Positions 50,411 to 63,684 of a stretch of 64,000 nt of DNA are shown here, piece by piece. Positions within the stretch are counted from its first letter, which is position 1; each line of letters opens with the position of its first letter. The DNA comes from Octopus bimaculoides. Lineage: Eukaryota. A model generated the notes under the pieces. It saw nothing but the letters and a program-made list of their open reading frames with translations, was not told the DNA's origin and searched no databases. A program made the position numbers and the translations under genes. The stretch spans positions 41,404,709 to 41,468,708 of the forward strand of contig NC_068981.1 in NCBI RefSeq assembly GCF_001194135.2, read 5' to 3'.

Positions 50411-51444
50411 ATAACTGAGACCTTTGTCATTATGTCATGCTTGAGAAGAAGGCTCATCAAGCTGAGCAAAATAGCAGTCATGGCAGATACTGGTGTCACG
50501 GAAATGGCACCTGTACCGGTGGCATGTAAAAGCACCCATTACACTCTCAGAGTCAGTCTCTTGCTAGTCTGAGTTTTACCTGTAGGTGCACATGATCTTC
50601 AGGTGTTTCAACTGTAGGTGAAACTCAAAGTAGCAAATTACTGATTCAAGCAAAATAATATATGTATGTGTGCATTTTTCCATCACATATATAATGAAGG
50701 CCGCATGGTTGGGAAGTAAGTTTCTTACTCTCACATCCAAAATATATATATATTAGACAGAATGAGATAGCAAATCCAAGGCTGTGAGGAGTTTTCAGGA
50801 CATTTATAATGAAATAGTCTTACAGCTGTTTCTGGAATATTATGGATTCCCTTCATCGGAGACGGTGTGAGAAAATATTTGAGTTTGAATTATTGTGGAA
50901 AAGGAGGAGACATGGAATATAGAGGGAAATAAGAGAATGAAAGTAGAAATAAGATCTATAAAGATAGTGTAGTTTCAGTTCCATTATTTGATGAAAATGG
51001 TGTATAGAAGTGGTAAAAAAAGTTTCCTGTACATGGTATGTAAGTTGGAGTAGCAGTTCATGTTTAGTCATTTCAAAGTATGGAGCTGTGGAATCAATGT
51101 TGCTTGTCCAAAATGGTTTTGTGGTGTGAATGAAAATTTGAGAATGTATTGGTATTATTTGTGGATAGATGGAGGGAGGAGAGATGTGTATGATTAGAAA
51201 GAGGAGATAGGTCAAATTTAAAGCAGGAAGAGAAACTGAGAGGAAGAAAAAGAGAAAAAAATAAAATAGGGAGAGAGAAAAAAAATAGTGAAAAAAGGGT
51301 GAAAGAAGTGAGAAAGGGAGTGTTAGTTGGTGGTCAAGATAATGTGATGGGAGACGTATGTGATAGGTAGGAAAGAAGATATAATGGCATACGTACGCAT
51401 GCACTCACATACATATATAGACACATACATACACCTATATATAC

Positions 51445-51482
<38 letters not shown>

Positions 51483-51492
51483 NNNNNNNNNN

Positions 51493-51530
<38 letters not shown>

Positions 51531-51749
51531 GTACGCATGCACTCACACATATATTCAGACACATACATGCTCACGCGCATTCGTAGATGTATTCATACAC
51601 GCGTATGTGTATGCATACATGTATATATATATACATGCACACGCATACAGGTATGCATATATACACATATACACACTCATTCATATAAATTTATATACAC
51701 ATATGCACGTATACACACATACATACGCACACATCTATATAAGTGTACA

Positions 51750-51780
<31 letters not shown>

Positions 51781-52053
51781 TATTTGTATACATCATGCCT
51801 TATTGGTACATTTGCCATTGAATTTGAACACAAATATAGTCGTTCAAATAGAGTTGTAAAAATGGTAAAAAGTGATACAGTAGCATTAAGAACATATGAA
51901 ATTATTAATGAGTTTTATGCCAATCCATTTTAACACAACCAATAATACATAGGCAGAACTTTATATTGTGTGCAGAACTTAATGTTGTGTGCAAAATTTA
52001 TTGATAAGTTGAAGCAAAGAATAATACAGAAATTCCATGCTATTGGCTTAGAT

Positions 52054-52318
52054 TAGTGGTTCTCAGTCATTTCTTTTTTTATCTATGGACCACTTTGATT
52101 CTTATTTTACGTGTGTGGATCCTCATAGCTATTCAATGTTTAAAAAGATTGCATAGGCACAGGCGTGGCTGTGTGGTAAGAAACTTGCTCTACAACTACA
52201 TGGTTCTGGGTGCAGTCCCACTGCATGGCAAATGTCTTCTACTATGGCCTTGGGTTGATCAAAGCTTTGTGAGTGGATTTGGTAGAAACTGGAAGAAGCC
52301 CGTCATATATATATCTAT

Positions 52319-52359
<41 letters not shown>

Positions 52360-52763
52360 CGTGTATATGCGTGTGTGTGTGTGTGTGTGTATCTTTGTGT
52401 CTGCGTTTGTTCCCCACCACCGCTTGACAACCGATGTTGGCGTGTTTACATCAAAAAAGTCCGATAGAATAAGTGCTAGGCTCAACAAATAACTAACTAA
52501 CTAAAAATAAGTACTGAGGTCAATTCATTCGACTAGAAATTCATCAAGGCGGTGCTCCAGCATGGCTGCAGTCTAATTAATAACTGAAACAAGTGAAAGA
52601 TAAAATATTTTTATGAGTAAATATTATTAGGAGTTGTACTAAAATTTCTTAAGATATTCTGTGTATTGTAGAAGTATAAAAAAATAATTGCACATAAATT
52701 TTAACAAAATTTTACATGGGCCCCCACCTAAAGGGTCATTTGGACCCTGGTTGAGAACCACTA
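52054..52763. mobile_element. Non-autonomous hAT (Charlie-type) element with nested SINE, just upstream of SHPK
   Basis: Termini TAGTGGTTCTCA / TGAGAACCACTA. TSD GCTTAGAT / GTTTAGAC (6 of 8). tRNA-SINE at about 52155-52600. Confidence 0.85.
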
Positions 52764-53214
52764 GTTTAGACGATCTGGAACGAGCAATGAAAAATATATC
52801 CCAAGATGAGCTGACTCTATTGAAAGAAAATCATTTTGAACGTTTGTTATAAATTATTCAGTCAATTTCAAATAAAATCGTTGTTCAGTTTAAATATACC
52901 GTCACATAATTGGTTAATTCTGTGAGTGTATTTGACAATATGTAAATTCTGATGTGTAAATCTGGAATACAAGTCACATGTGTCTATAATATTGTAGTTA
53001 TGTTCTTCCATACTTTTCATTATACAATATACAAATCGACTGCTAATACGCTTTCTCGCAGATTCAAGTTACGACTGGTTATAAGACGATAGAAGCTTAT
53101 AGGTGCGCATGTTTTGATTCAGTTTGATTGAAGTGATTCGTTAAGTTTTGACATTAATCATATGCTTTGTAATATTAGGGATGTTTTTAGTTTCATGGCG
53201 GCTATAAAGTAAAG

Positions 53215-53975
53215 ATGCCTGAACCTGATGTGAATCAAGCTACCTTTTCGATTAGCGGCATTTGCAATATGAACACTGGCAGCCGGCTATTGAATTGTGC
53301 TCCGGCCACTTCGTCAACAACACATAAGCATACGGCTTACAAAGATTTGACTTCAAGACTTGTCCTTAGTATTGATCTAGGCACTACTTCCATAAAAATA
53401 GCCCTTGTAGATAGCATCACCAAAAAACCTCTCAAGACTGCTGCTCAAGTTACTAAAGCCGATATTGAAAGTCAAATTGGACTAGATGGTTGCGAGCAGA
53501 ACCCTGTACAGATCCTTCATGTACTTCATCAATGTATATCAACCTTCGACAAGGAACATTTGAGCCGAGTTGTTTGTTTAGCAATCACAGGACAGATGCA
53601 TGGTGTTATGTTATGGCGGAGTGAAGAGACTTCTAAGAAAGAACTATCAAGTTTCGGCTCCTCGTCTCACAAATGGAATAAACAAGAACCCAGTCAACTC
53701 ATTACATGGCGAGACCAACGCTGTAAAACAAAATTTTTAGCTTGTTTACCACCAGCAGACTCACACCTTAGATTAGCCACGGGTCATGGTTGTGCCACAT
53801 TATTCTGGATGGCCCGACATCAACCTGATTTTCTTAAGCGCTTTGATTGTGCTGGAACTATAATGGACTACCTTGTTTCACTTCTTTGCGGCCTTACTCA
53901 TCCTGTTATGTCACCTCAAATAGCAGCCAGCTGGGGCTACTTCAATACTGAACATGTATCTTGGAATACTGGAAT
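53215..53975 (+). CDS. SHPK: Sedoheptulokinase (FGGY carbohydrate kinase family), first coding exon; gene incomplete in this window
   Basis: LVLSIDLGTTSIK phosphate-1 motif, ITGQMHGVMLW, LITWRDQRC, HLRLATGHGCATLFW, AGTIMDYLVSLLCGL..PVMSPQIAASWGYFN closely follow vertebrate SHPK as recalled. Phase-2 donor GGAAT|GTAAGT at 53976. Confidence 0.92.
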
Positions 53976-54161
53976 GTAAGTTAACTCACTTTATAAAGTA
54001 CTGCACATGCATTTCATGGCAGCTGTTATTAAAGAGAAAGGTGCTTGTGTTACACATGTTTTGGTCCTTTCAATTATATGCGCGAGTGGATGTGTATCAC
54101 TGAATGGATGTGTTTACACATTAAAAAAAACCCACATTTTTCCAACACGTTTTTTCTAGTA

Positions 54162-54260
54162 CTGTAGTTCTCAACCATTTCTCTTTTTTCGCCTATGGAC
54201 CGCTGATTTCTATTTTACCCTGATGGACCCTCACATTAAAAAAAAAATCCTATTGTATTT
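54162..54260. mobile_element. Terminal fragment of the same hAT family in the SHPK intron
   Basis: gtagttctcaaccatttc...tatggacc...ttctattttac aligns to 52054-52130. Confidence 0.6.
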
Positions 54261-54281
54261 TTATAATTGGGTTGCAAAATA

Positions 54282-54565
54282 CACGATCCGATTTTACCCT
54301 CATAACTTTCAGGAAAATCAATATATATTAATTAAATTTTATAAAAAATACCTTTCAAACTGCATAGGTTACGACTATAAAGAAATTTGTAGGGAAAATG
54401 TTTTCCAAAAAGGTGTGGAGAGGATTTTGGGAAAATTCACACGATCTGATTTTTTCTCTCCTAACTTTCAGGAAAATGGGCATCTTTTAATGAAAGTTTA
54501 TACAAATATCTTTCAAACGGTATAGATTACGATCATAAAGAAATTTGTGAGGAAAATCTTTTCCA
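54282..54565. repeat. 158-bp tandem duplication in the SHPK intron
   Basis: cacgatc(c/t)gatttt at 54282 and 54440; taactttcaggaaaat and ataaagaaatttgt in both units. Inverted partial copy at about 55400-55440. Confidence 0.8.
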
Positions 54566-56009
54566 TGGGGTAGGGAGAAAAGTTTCGAAAAAACGGAGTT
54601 TCGGATCAGGAAGACCACATAAGTTCATTTTTTTTTTACTCCTCATCCAACCTGCGGACCGATTTTGGCCAATTTTTTGCACTTAAAAACTAGGGGAGGA
54701 GCCTTTTCGGTAATAATGTCAACATTTTCAGAGGGAAAAGTGTGATTTAAGGGAGATTTGGCTGCTGTTTCTTGCATATCCCAGGACAACCTTCCTCGTT
54801 TCCTTCTCACTCTCGCATATATTGATGTTTTTCAATATTTTCTCCCCATAAACACATGCTATAGGAAAAAATTTGAAAATTTATGATTTTTTTTTTCAAC
54901 CCCTGATTGTTTCTGTTTATAATTTAAAATATTGGAGAGCCTGAGGTCATTTTTGGTATTTATCCACCGTGGTTTTTAAAAAATAGGTATGTAAAAGATA
55001 ATTTTAGATAGCATACATTTCTGTTAGAAAAATGTTTTTTTTACACACACACACACNNNNNNNNNNNNNNNNNNNNNNNNNNNNNNNNNNNNNNNNNNNN
55101 NNNNNNNNNNNNNNNNNNNNNNNNNNNNNNNNNNNNNNNNNNNNNNNNNNNNNNNNNNNNNNNNNNNNNNNNNNNNNNNNNNNNNNNNNNNNNNNNNNNN
55201 NNNNNNNNNNNNNNNNNNNNNNNNNNNNNNNNNNNNNNNNNNNNNNNNNNNNNNNNNNNNNNNNNNNNNNNNNNNNNNNNNNNNNNNNNNNNNNNNNNNN
55301 NNNNNNNNNNNNNNNNNNNNNNNNNNNNNNNNNNNNNNNNNNNNNNNNNNNNNNNNNNNNNNNNNNNNNNNNNNNNNNNNNNNNNNNNNNNNNNNNNNNG
55401 AAAAATCGAATCGTATGAATTTTCCGAAAGTCCTCACCCCACCTCGCCGTTCGTTTGCGCAAATTTTTGTTTTCATATTCGTTTTCTACACATTTTTTTA
55501 CATCTTTTACACGTTTTTTTGTTTTGTTTTGGTGACCCGGAGGTAAAGTAAACATTAACCATTATTAGGGGTTGTATATAAACTGTTAAAATATTTTGTG
55601 TATTGTGTATAACTAATTTATTGTTTATTAACTTCAACAACAAAATCTTATACGGACCCCAATTGAGAACTCTTGGTCTAGTAGAATAGTTCAAATTTTT
55701 TTGTTTAGGTAGAAACAGTTGATTTATTGTTTAAGTAGAAGCAGTTTGATTTATTGTGAAAGGTAAAATTCAGTTACATTTTTTCTTTCTTTTTAGTAAG
55801 ATTTTGCCCGCGAAAGTTAAACCCAGCCCTAAAGTTATTAGTTTCCAAATTACTGAGATCAAGTTTTAGGAATCTCATCAGAATTGCAAATGAGCAGGCA
55901 TGCAGGGCAACGGCGTTCCATACTTATAGCTCACAAAGCATCAGTCTCCTATTGCATTAATTATGTGAAGGATTGACTCGTTCTACAGTGAAATTTTACA
56001 AGAAAATAA

Positions 56010-56350
56010 TGTCCCACTGCGTGGCATCTTGGGCAAATGTTTTCTACTATAGCCTCGGGCCGACCAAAGCCTTGTGAGTGGATTTGGTAGACGGAAACTG
56101 AAAGAAGCCTGTTGTATATATGTATATGTGTGTGTGTGTATATGTTTGTGTGTCTGTGTTTGTCCCCCCCAACATCACTTGACAACCGATGGTGGTGTGT
56201 TTACGTCCCCGTAACTTAGCGGTTCGGCAAAAGAACCGATAGAATAAATACTAGGCTTACAAAGAATAAGTCCTGGGGTCGATTTGCTCGACTAAAGGCG
56301 GTGCTCCAGCATGGCCGCAGTCAAATGACTGAAACAAGTAAAAGAGTAAA
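56010..56350 (+). mobile_element. tRNA-derived SINE, family A (young, CpG-intact, head truncated)
   Basis: gtcccactgcgtggcatcttgggcaa...cgtaacttagcggttcggcaaaag...gactgaaacaagtaaaag. Confidence 0.85.
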
Positions 56351-59300
56351 NNNNNNNNNNNNNNNNNNNNNNNNNNNNNNNNNNNNNNNNNNNNNNNNNN
56401 NNNNNNNNNNNNNNNNNNNNNNNNNNNNNNNNNNNNNNNNNNNNNNNNNNNNNNNNNNNNNNNNNNNNNNNNNNNNNNNNNNNNNNNNNNNNNNNNNNNN
56501 NNNNNNNNNNNNNNNNNNNNNNNNNNNNNNNNNNNNNNNNNNNNNNNNNNNNNNNNNNNNNNNNNNNNNNNNNNNNNNNNNNNNNNNNNNNNNNNNNNNN
56601 NNNNNNNNNNNNNNNNNNNNNNNNNNNNNNNNNNNNNNNNNNNNNNNNNNNNNNNNNNNNNNNNNNNNNNNNNNNNNNNNNNNNNNNNNNNNNNNNNNNN
56701 NNNNNNNNNNNNNNNNNNNNNNNNNNNNNNNNNNNNNNNNNNNNNNNNNNNNNNNNNNNNNNNNNNNNNNNNNNNNNNNNNNNNNNNNNNNNNTATGCGG
56801 ATATTTTCTTAGCGCTGGCTCTTACAAATTCCTATATTTCGATTCCTAGTTTTGACTGACAGGTGGTCTGAAGTTATGAATCATGTTTTGCACAAATACC
56901 ATGATTTAAAATCGAAGACTTTATATCGTAGTTTTGGTGTGTTTCATTTCTAGTTGCTATTTCACTGCTGGTGGCCGATTCACTTCTAAACATAACTGCA
57001 CGTTTATACTTGAATAAACGCGTCTCCTTTTTTTTGTGACAATTTTATTATGTAAATATACATCTGTAAATAAATTACATCCTGTGTGTATGTCATTAAA
57101 AGAAAATGGGATGTGTAATGATAAATATAAAGATGTAGAGTGCTACAAGTTAACTAATCAGACTTGTTATCAAAAGTGTACGAGCCTTGACTCTTCCATC
57201 TTTTGTAGGAGGAAGCATCCAGGACTACATTAATTCGTCCTCTTCGTTTTTTAGATAGTGGTTTGTGGTCTGATTTAGCTGCTATTTCTAGCAGTTGAAC
57301 TTGTTTGAATTGGTACGCGCTTACACATGTGTTTGCGCCAGCCGCAGTCCAATGAAAAGTAATTATTAAGTCCCATTTACGCTTTTTATTTTCTATCAAC
57401 CATGTCATCTCTTTCACGTCAAATGTCAACAAATCAGCATATATGATTATCCTTCTCTCTTCCTTATTGTATTACTCTAAACATTTTCCCTTGCCAGTAG
57501 CAATTAGCGCTTTAAACGAAGCGTTAAACCTGTTTAATCTATAGTCTACACACCGGCCCCCACTATTACAGTGTAGAAGCGGAGTAAGTCACGAGATAAA
57601 CAAAAAAATAATTCATAAGTAATTATTTAGCTAAGATAGGATGCGGTTAATTGATTAAATTCCAGAATTTGGTTGATGTTTTGTTTTTATCGACCCATCA
57701 GAATAAAATAGCGCTTATTTCTCTGCCGAGAATTACTACTTCCCTAGCGAGACAATTGTTTTGCATGTCTGTTTAAGAACTGTTGATGTAAAGGTGTGTG
57801 TGTGTGAGTGAAGGGAGTTGAAACATTTACGATGTAAAGTTAAACGCTCAATGAAATTGAAAGTGTATTATTGACGTTTCGTGCTTAAGTCGTTCTTCAG
57901 TAAGATAGGGGAAAGGAAGAAAAAATAGGAGTAATGAATGTGTATGTGTGTATGTGTATATGTATGTATGTCTGTATTGTTTCAGTCATTGGTCTGTGGC
58001 CATGCCAGGACACTGATCTGAATTGTTTAGTTTAAGAATTCGCCCTCCAATACTTATTTTAAGTCTGGTATTTATTCTGTTGGTCTCTCTGGCCAAGTTA
58101 CTGGGATGATAACAAACCAACATCAGTTTCCAAGTGGTGGTGGGACAAACACAGACAGACACACACTTATATACTTCATTGTTCTTTTCTTCAAACAACT
58201 GCACAAATCATGCATACATATAGAGTAGAGAGAAAAAAAAAGACAAATTCCCATGGTCTGCACTTGTATTATTTCTGAAAGACATATGTTGGTCTGTCAT
58301 TTTCTTTATATGATAATATATCTATTTCTTTAATGCCCACAGGGGGCTAAACATAGAGGGGACAAACAAAGGAATTAAGTTGATTACATCGACCCAGTGC
58401 ATAACTGGTACTTATTTAATCAACCCCGAAAGGATGAAAAGCAAAGTTGACCTCAGTAGAATTTGAACTCAGAAAGTAACGGCAGACGAAATACTGCTAA
58501 GCATTTCGCCTGGCATGCTAATGACTCTGCCAGCTTGCTGCCTTTATATGATTATATATTGATGTGAATATATAATGAGTCCATATTTTATTTGAAAATA
58601 CAGATATTGTCTATATAATCGGGTATGTATTTTGCAGTGGCAGGATATGTCAACTGTACGGCATGGTTTCAAGTCTTAATGCTCTTATGGGATAAAATAG
58701 CAAAATCAATGTAACGTAGATTTGAATTCTCTTCAATGCAGCACTTGACTCCCTACTGATTACTCCATTATCATTATCATCTCAAGACAAATAATTGTTG
58801 TTACATAAGCATGGAGATTAAGGTTTTTAAAGAATGCGAATTAGAAAGCTGTAAAGTTATATCATAAAAATGTTTTCCACTCTGTGACTTGTGTTAAAAG
58901 TTCAGTTAGCAACTATGCAGTAGACCCTATAGCTCTAAAACTTCAACAATAAAAAAAATAAAAGGTACAAAATTCATCCTGAGGCCTTTATAAACTTACA
59001 AATATTTATTTTTTAACAGATATAATCAACTTGTGTTACTAACCAGGTTGCATAAGTGTGATAAATTTTGATACCTTAAGAATGAGTGAAAAGGGACAAT
59101 AGCAACTCTTGTGTTCTTAGGTTAAAATAATCCTTTCATGATGTAATTACATAAAATGAATAATAGAACAATGAATTATAATAGGTAAATCATTCTTTGT
59201 CACTTATTCAGTCTAAAGCCTCATGGTAAACAATATTTTGAAGTATTTCCTTGTGATATTATGATGAAAAGACCATCGGTTTCCAACTTTTGAAGTATTA

Positions 59301-59877
59301 AAATGAAGATGATCATATGAAAAGATAAGGCAGTTTATCCACTAGGTTCAGCCCAATAGCTTTTAATATTTTCCCTTGAGATGTACTGATAGTCATGGTG
59401 AAACTGAGTCTGGCAGGAAATTGAGGCTTTTAAATTCAAAAGGTAAATCAGTTGACTTCAGAGGTATTTTGGAAATAAACAGTTTAATCTAGATATTAAA
59501 CAATTTTTATCCAGCAAGTTTTCCTGATATGACTATCATATCCAAGACGTGGGGCATTGTATTTTATCCCACACTAAAGTTTTAGAAAATCTAAGCTGTG
59601 ATTTGCTACAGATTTGGTTGCTTTTCCTATCAGCTACCATGTAATCAGCTCCCTTGTTGGTTCATACATACATATACACACAATGCTGTCTTAAGGCATG
59701 GACACACTGGGATGTTGCACAGGGGCCTCGCAGGTCTTGGAGCCCAATTTTTATCTATGTACGCTGTATTTTATAGGGCCCAGAGCAGTGATTTACCCAG
59801 GGCTTCTAATACTGTTAAGAGGTTCTGTATAGATATACATATATACATTTGTGTGTTCTTATATCATATGTCCTATA

Positions 59878-59938
<61 letters not shown>

Positions 59939-59949
59939 NNNNNNNNNNA

Positions 59950-60240
59950 GTTAATCTAATCAATGGAACAGCCTGCTCATGAAATTAATGTGCAAGTGGC
60001 TGAGTGCTTTATAGACACACGTACCCTAACATAGTTCTCTGAGAGATTCAGAATGTGACAAGGCTGTGTGAAACAGAATGTGACAAGGCTGACCCTTTGA
60101 AAAACAGGCATTGCACTCATTTTTGCCAGCTCATTGCACTGGAGTAACATGAAATAAACTCTTGTTCAAGGACACAATGCACTGATAGGAATAAAATTCA
60201 TGATCTTATGATAGTGAGCCAAATGCCTTAATTACTAAAT
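59950..60240 (-). mobile_element. tRNA-derived SINE, family D
   Basis: Aligns to 20320-20600 (gaaattaatgtgcaagtggctgag, tttttgccagct, caaggacacaatg). Confidence 0.7.
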
Positions 60241-60271
60241 TAAGTGTTATTAGCATATACATACATGGATA

Positions 60272-60950
60272 CATGAAACAGCAGGGTGTACTTTTAGGGG
60301 GATGTAGCTGCTAATTCTACAAAGTCTACCTACCAAATAGAAATGTTCCCCATTGGTATATATGTACATAAGGCAGTAGGGTGACCTGAGGGAGATTTGG
60401 TTGTTGTTAGGTTTAGTTTGCTCATTCATGTGCACATAAGATAGTAGGATGTGGTTTGAGGGAGATTTGGCTGTTATTGTCTATCTTATCTACCAATCCT
60501 ATAAAAGTTCTCTCGGCTCATACATAAGATTGTAGGATGTAATAAAGTGATGATTTAAATAATGTTTCTTTGCAGGTCAAGTTACTATATTGAATTTCTT
60601 CTAAGTTCATACATATATTTATATATGCATGAAATACTATTGTGTTTTTGCAGGGAAATTTGCTTGCTATTTCTATCAGGTCTCAATCCTCTATATGCAT
60701 CACACTGTAGGGTATGATTTCAGGGAGATTTGGCTGTTATATCTCTTAGGTCTAGATGCTATGTAGCAGCTACTTTATTGGCTTGGACACATATAAAACA
60801 GTAGGGTGTGAATTAGTGGGAAGATGTGGCTTCTGTTCCTATTAAGTGTAGTTACATATGTAGAGGTCGCCTCTGTTGAATAATATGTATGACCATGCAT
60901 AAGAGAATATTTGTGCTTTGAGGCAGATTTTGGCTAATATTTCAGAATGC
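60272..60950. repeat. Degenerate array of about 8 family-E core units with variable spacers
   Basis: Core CATAA.A.AGTAGGGTGTG.TTTGAGGGAGATTTGGCTGTTATTTCT at about 60281, 60376, 60444, 60532, 60636, 60707, 60801, 60905; outlier at about 61390. Confidence 0.75.
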
Positions 60951-61621
60951 CATGTTGAGGAATTTTCATTTTTGTACCCCACTCCCTTTTACTATCAATA
61001 TAGATGTAATGCTTCACCAATATATAAAGCATTGTGGTATTGTATATATATTGCTAGTGGAAAGTGTTTTTCTTTTTTTTTTCTTTTTGCACATGTATAT
61101 GCATTGAAGTTCCAAAGATGGAAGTTTAGTAACTGTTTTAAAAAAACTGTCATTGCTTTCTTCAGATATATTTCTCTACATGTGTGTTTACCATTTCCTC
61201 TGATCCAATATGCTAGCTAGAGAGAGAAAATTATTATAAAGACTGAAAGAGAAAGTAAAACAGACTTATGGAAGGATTTTCCATTCCTTCACAGTACATC
61301 TTGTTTTCAACTTTATGCATGCATATCTACTTTTTACTATTACGACTAAATTTCAACTTCATCTTTCTCTATCTCTTTTCTTAACAGACAGTAGAGTGTG
61401 GGTCGAGGGAGATTTGGCTCTTATTTCTCAAAATAAATATTATACAAATCTATCCTATGAGATAATGGATAATAATATATATGGTTTTGTGGGTGTTCAT
61501 TTGTTTTGTAGTTTCTGAATATAAGGTGGACATACAACCAGTTCACACTATATGTGTATATATATGTAAAAAAAAATTATTTAATAATAAGTATGCAAAT
61601 ATTCATTATATATATATATAT

Positions 61622-61926
61622 ATATCATCATCATCATCATCATCGTTTAACGTCCGCTTTCCATGCTAGCATGGGTTGAACGATTTGACTGAGGACTGGT
61701 ACAACCTGATGGCTACACCAGGCTCCAATCTAATTTAGCAGAGTTTCTACAGCTGGATGCCCTTCCTAACGCCAACCACTCAGAGAGTGTAGTGGGTGCT
61801 TTTACGTGTCACCCGCACGAAAATGGCCACGCTCGAGATGGTGTCTTTTATGTGCCACCCACACAAGAGCCAGTCCAGGGGCACTGGCAACGATCTCGCT
61901 CGAAAACCCTACACGGCCAGTCAGGC
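61622..61926 (-). repeat. RTE 3'-UTR/tail repeat (young copy)
   Basis: Reverse complement of 9500-9790. Confidence 0.85.
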
Positions 61927-62209
61927 GGATATATATATATACTAGCAACCCGGTTGGTTTGGATGATGTAGCTGTAAAACTTGCTNNNNNNNNNNNNNNN
62001 NNNNNNNNNNNNNNNNNNNNNNNNNNNNNNNNNNNNNNNNNNNNNNNNNNNNNNNNNNNNNNNNNNNNNNNNNNNNNNNNNNNNNNNNNNNNNNNNNNNN
62101 NNNNNNNNNNNNNNNNNNNNNNNNNNNNNNNNNNNNNNNNNNNNNNNNNNNNNNNNNNNNNNNNNNNNNNNNNNNNNNNNNNNNNNNNNNNNNNNNNNNN
62201 NNNNNNNNN

Positions 62210-62273
<64 letters not shown>

Positions 62274-62889
62274 CATTCACATACCCCCTTTTACATACCT
62301 ACACATATATTCACACAGAGTTGAAACACTGTTTGATTTATTTTTTCCAGTGTACAATTTTCATCATCCCACTACCAAGTATGACATCACCCCTTCCTTT
62401 CTCATTCATAAACACAAGTGTATTATTATAGTAGATTATCTCAGTGACCATGGGAGCTATGAAAAAATACAAAGCCCAGCATCACCACTGGATCATTCTA
62501 CACATCTCTGTAATTTTTCGCGCAACTCTACCCAGTCCTTTGACCGTGAACCCAAGACAAGAAAGAATCGCCCATGTCAAATTTATATGTATGTATATAT
62601 ATATATATGTGTATGTGTGTGTATGTGTGTGTTGATTATTTTCCCTCATTTCTTTTTGCAGTGTCTACTACTTCTCTACACCCACAATTTATTAAAAATG
62701 ATGATTCAACTCCTATTTCAACTATTTTGTCTGCTGCCTTCTATGGGGATGTTTTATTTGGAAGGAGCACTTGAGATATGGATTATGCCACATTGAATGG
62801 CATTTTCTATAGGTTGCTACTTAAACTTCAGTGGATACCTGTTATCCTTTATATTATACATGTATGTCCTATATATATAAAGACAACCT

Positions 62890-63180
62890 CAGGACACTGA
62901 ACCTTTCAGACAAGATGACAATGGACTGAGATACCTGGTGCCTTGCTGTATTCAAAAAGACGTACTCCACAGCAGAAATGTTAAGGCTACTCCTTCTAGT
63001 GAATAGGATTGATCTGCAAGTGTCCTGTGCCACATAAAAAGCACTCGTGCCAATGCCACATAAACGTGCCACGTAAAATCACCCAGACTGGAGCCAGGTG
63101 CAGCTCTCCAACATGTCAGTTGTGGTCAAACCATCCTGTGCATGCCAGCATGGACAACGGACATTAAATGATGATGATGA
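62890..63180 (+). mobile_element. RTE LINE extreme 3' end (deleted)
   Basis: ORF end gagatgacaatggactgag shared with 41487-41505, followed by the catgccagcatgga...(GAT)n tail. Confidence 0.65.
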
Positions 63181-63377
63181 TATATAAATTGTATGGATAT
63201 ATATGACCCAGAACAGATGTACCTGTCAGAATCTCATCTATGGGTTAAATAGATTTCCCAGGGTAGAGGAGGCTCCTATTATTTCAGAAATAATACAAGT
63301 GCAGATGTGTATGTGTCATAAACATCCAGCCTTCTCGAACAAAACACTACACTGAAACACATGCATCCTAATCCTTT

Positions 63378-63660
63378 AAACAAGAGATGGGCCTGTAGTT
63401 CCCAGCCTCTGCTCTGCTTCCACCTTTATGGATAGGACATATGATGCCTTCCTTCAGCTTTTTGGGAAGTTTACCACTTGCAAGAAAACTCTGGAAGAGT
63501 ATCTGGAGTGGTCCCGCTAATTCTTGTTTACACAACTTTAGGAGGACAGCTGGGAAACCATTGGGGCCAGTTGCCGAATTTGAGCTTATTTCGTTTATGG
63601 CCGCTATTACAGCTTCCTCTTCAATGTCAATGTAGGTAATGGATGCAGTCTTTTTTTGCT
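63378..63660 (-). mobile_element. CR1/Jockey-group LINE RT N-terminal fragment
   Basis: SATGPNGFPAVLLKLCKQELAGPLQILFQSFLASGKLPKKLKEGIICPIHKGGSRAEAGNYRPIS (not in the supplied ORF track). Confidence 0.85.
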
Positions 63661-63684
63661 GAGTGATTTGGCAAAGAAATCAGA

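Noticed and set aside
50255-50572. 105-aa ORF with a 14-aa repeat (SFQALGL.EAKWL)
   Set aside because: It reflects a 42-bp DNA tandem inside an RTE-tail repeat and has no independent coding signal.
58630-58720. Candidate SHPK exon 2 (TTTTGCAG then VAGYVNCTAWF, like SVAG...WF)
   Set aside because: The similar frame is incompatible with the phase-2 donor, it skips the expected FP..LLP segment, and it hits a stop without GDLQ.
60272-60950. CRISPR array
   Set aside because: Eukaryotic context, degenerate repeats, irregular spacing, no cas genes, and the core also occurs in dispersed repeats.
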